A stretch of 64,000 bases of DNA from Mobula hypostoma (lineage: Eukaryota), in NCBI RefSeq assembly GCF_963921235.1, contig NC_086097.1, positions 200,820,001 to 200,884,000 of the forward strand. Reading direction: 5' to 3'. The position numbers and the translations under genes were made by a program. Below the pieces are notes generated by a model, which saw nothing but the letters and a program-made list of their open reading frames with translations, was not told the DNA's origin and did not search any database. Within the stretch, counting starts at the first letter, position 1, and each line of letters starts with the position of its first letter. Shown here one piece after another: positions 62,801 to 64,000 of the stretch.

Positions 62801-63789
62801 CAACAAATTGTTAATTTATTCTCTTTAAGAACATCTTCAATTGGAGTGGAATGGTGAGCTAATGAAACATAAACGGGCATAATAATTATAATGATTCATA
62901 TTAAATATATATTTGATATAATTCATAGCAATTTGACCTCATACATCGGAAGCCAGGGCTTTTGCTGCATTATTGATACACTGGGGGGTGACAGCCTGTG
63001 CAGCAATACAAGGTGAGATTTTGGTCATCAGATCATGCATTGTTGACTCAGTGTTCAGATAGAACTGGACATAGATCCCATGATGGTGTCAAGCTTTGTG
63101 CATAAACCTGTGTAGGGTTGCAGCTGGGCTGCCCAAACCTCTTGAGGACTCTTGCAAGCTTTTTCAGTAGCCTTGGCATTGCTACAAGCATCTCTGCATT
63201 CATGCTCATTAGCCTCTGCCCAGAAGTCTTTCCCATTGTAGCCTTCCAGGGCAGAATAGTTTCCCACCATGCACATATCGTGCGTATGTAGAAAAGCTTC
63301 AGGAATTCAGGAGCTAATTAAATCACTGCAGTGTATTTTTGTAAATGCAGCATTAATGTAACTGATCCAATTATGTTTCTGATCAATGATGACCCAGTGC
63401 AGTGAGTGGCCCGGTAATGATAATGTCTTTAGTGTCAATGGGAGGCGAATTACACTCTGTACTAAGATGCTACTTTTAAGATCAGTACTTTTATGGATCT
63501 CTTGCAACTTATCAATGCTTTTCAGGTTTAGCTGTCTGAAGACCCAGGCTATTTTAGTTACCTACTGTCCAATTCCCAAGGAAGATAGCCAGGCATAAGG
63601 CACTGCCCTGAGGAACTCCTGCAGTAGTATCCTCGGCCTGAAATAGGTGTAGAGTTTCAGTGAAAGCCATTCTTAATGAAACATGGAATCTCAAACACTG
63701 TTGCTTGTTGACATTCAGAAAGGAGACCTTCTCCCTGAACTTACTAATGTATCTCTGCCTGGGTGCAACAGCTGTGTCAAAGCCTTCAA

Positions 63790-64000
63790 GTTTAAGCGTA
63801 TTATCATCTGACTATACATATATGCGACCAAACAAAACAACATTCCTCCAGACCATAGTGCACCCACAATACATACAGTATATCACATACAGCGCATAAA
63901 ACAAAATATTATCACTATTAAGTTAATAAAATATAATTCAAAATGCATGTGAAGTGTACAGCACAGGTAAACAGTAAATAGTGCAGTATATAGTAAACAG
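63790..64000 (-). mobile_element. LINE 3' UTR fragment (Rex1-like)
   Basis: TTCAAGTTTAAG tail-like start and AT-rich UTR resembling the other copies. Confidence 0.4.

Noticed and set aside
1..64000. Remaining short ORFs in the six-frame track
   Set aside because: Antisense or alternative frames of transposon remnants, or random ORFs

Overview
Repeat-dense vertebrate DNA with a repeat complement typical of cartilaginous fishes, probably a ray or skate (CR1, L2, Rex1/Babar-like LINEs, Penelope-like elements, V-/Deu-type SINEs, Ty3/Gypsy LTR elements). It is likely intronic or intergenic, and I could not identify a confident host exon. The standout is a short LTR element at 47427-50692 (paired ~195-bp LTRs, PBS-like site, PPT, probable 5-bp TSD). 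Its RT-RNaseH-integrase region is replaced by an intronless copy of the host SUDS3 (Sin3/HDAC corepressor subunit) coding sequence, fused in frame to Gag-protease. This reconstructs as a Gag-PR-SUDS3 polyprotein, analogous to retroviral gag-onc transduction, now interrupted by three stops. Also notable: a young Penelope family carrying minimal hammerhead ribozymes, with 13-14 bp TSDs and foldback insertions; four more internally deleted Gypsy elements, three nested in LINEs, one with a 3' LTR collapsed to 20 bp and one with a duplicated PBS and flank; and two solo LTRs. Coordinates of old LINE fragments are approximate and were read by eye.
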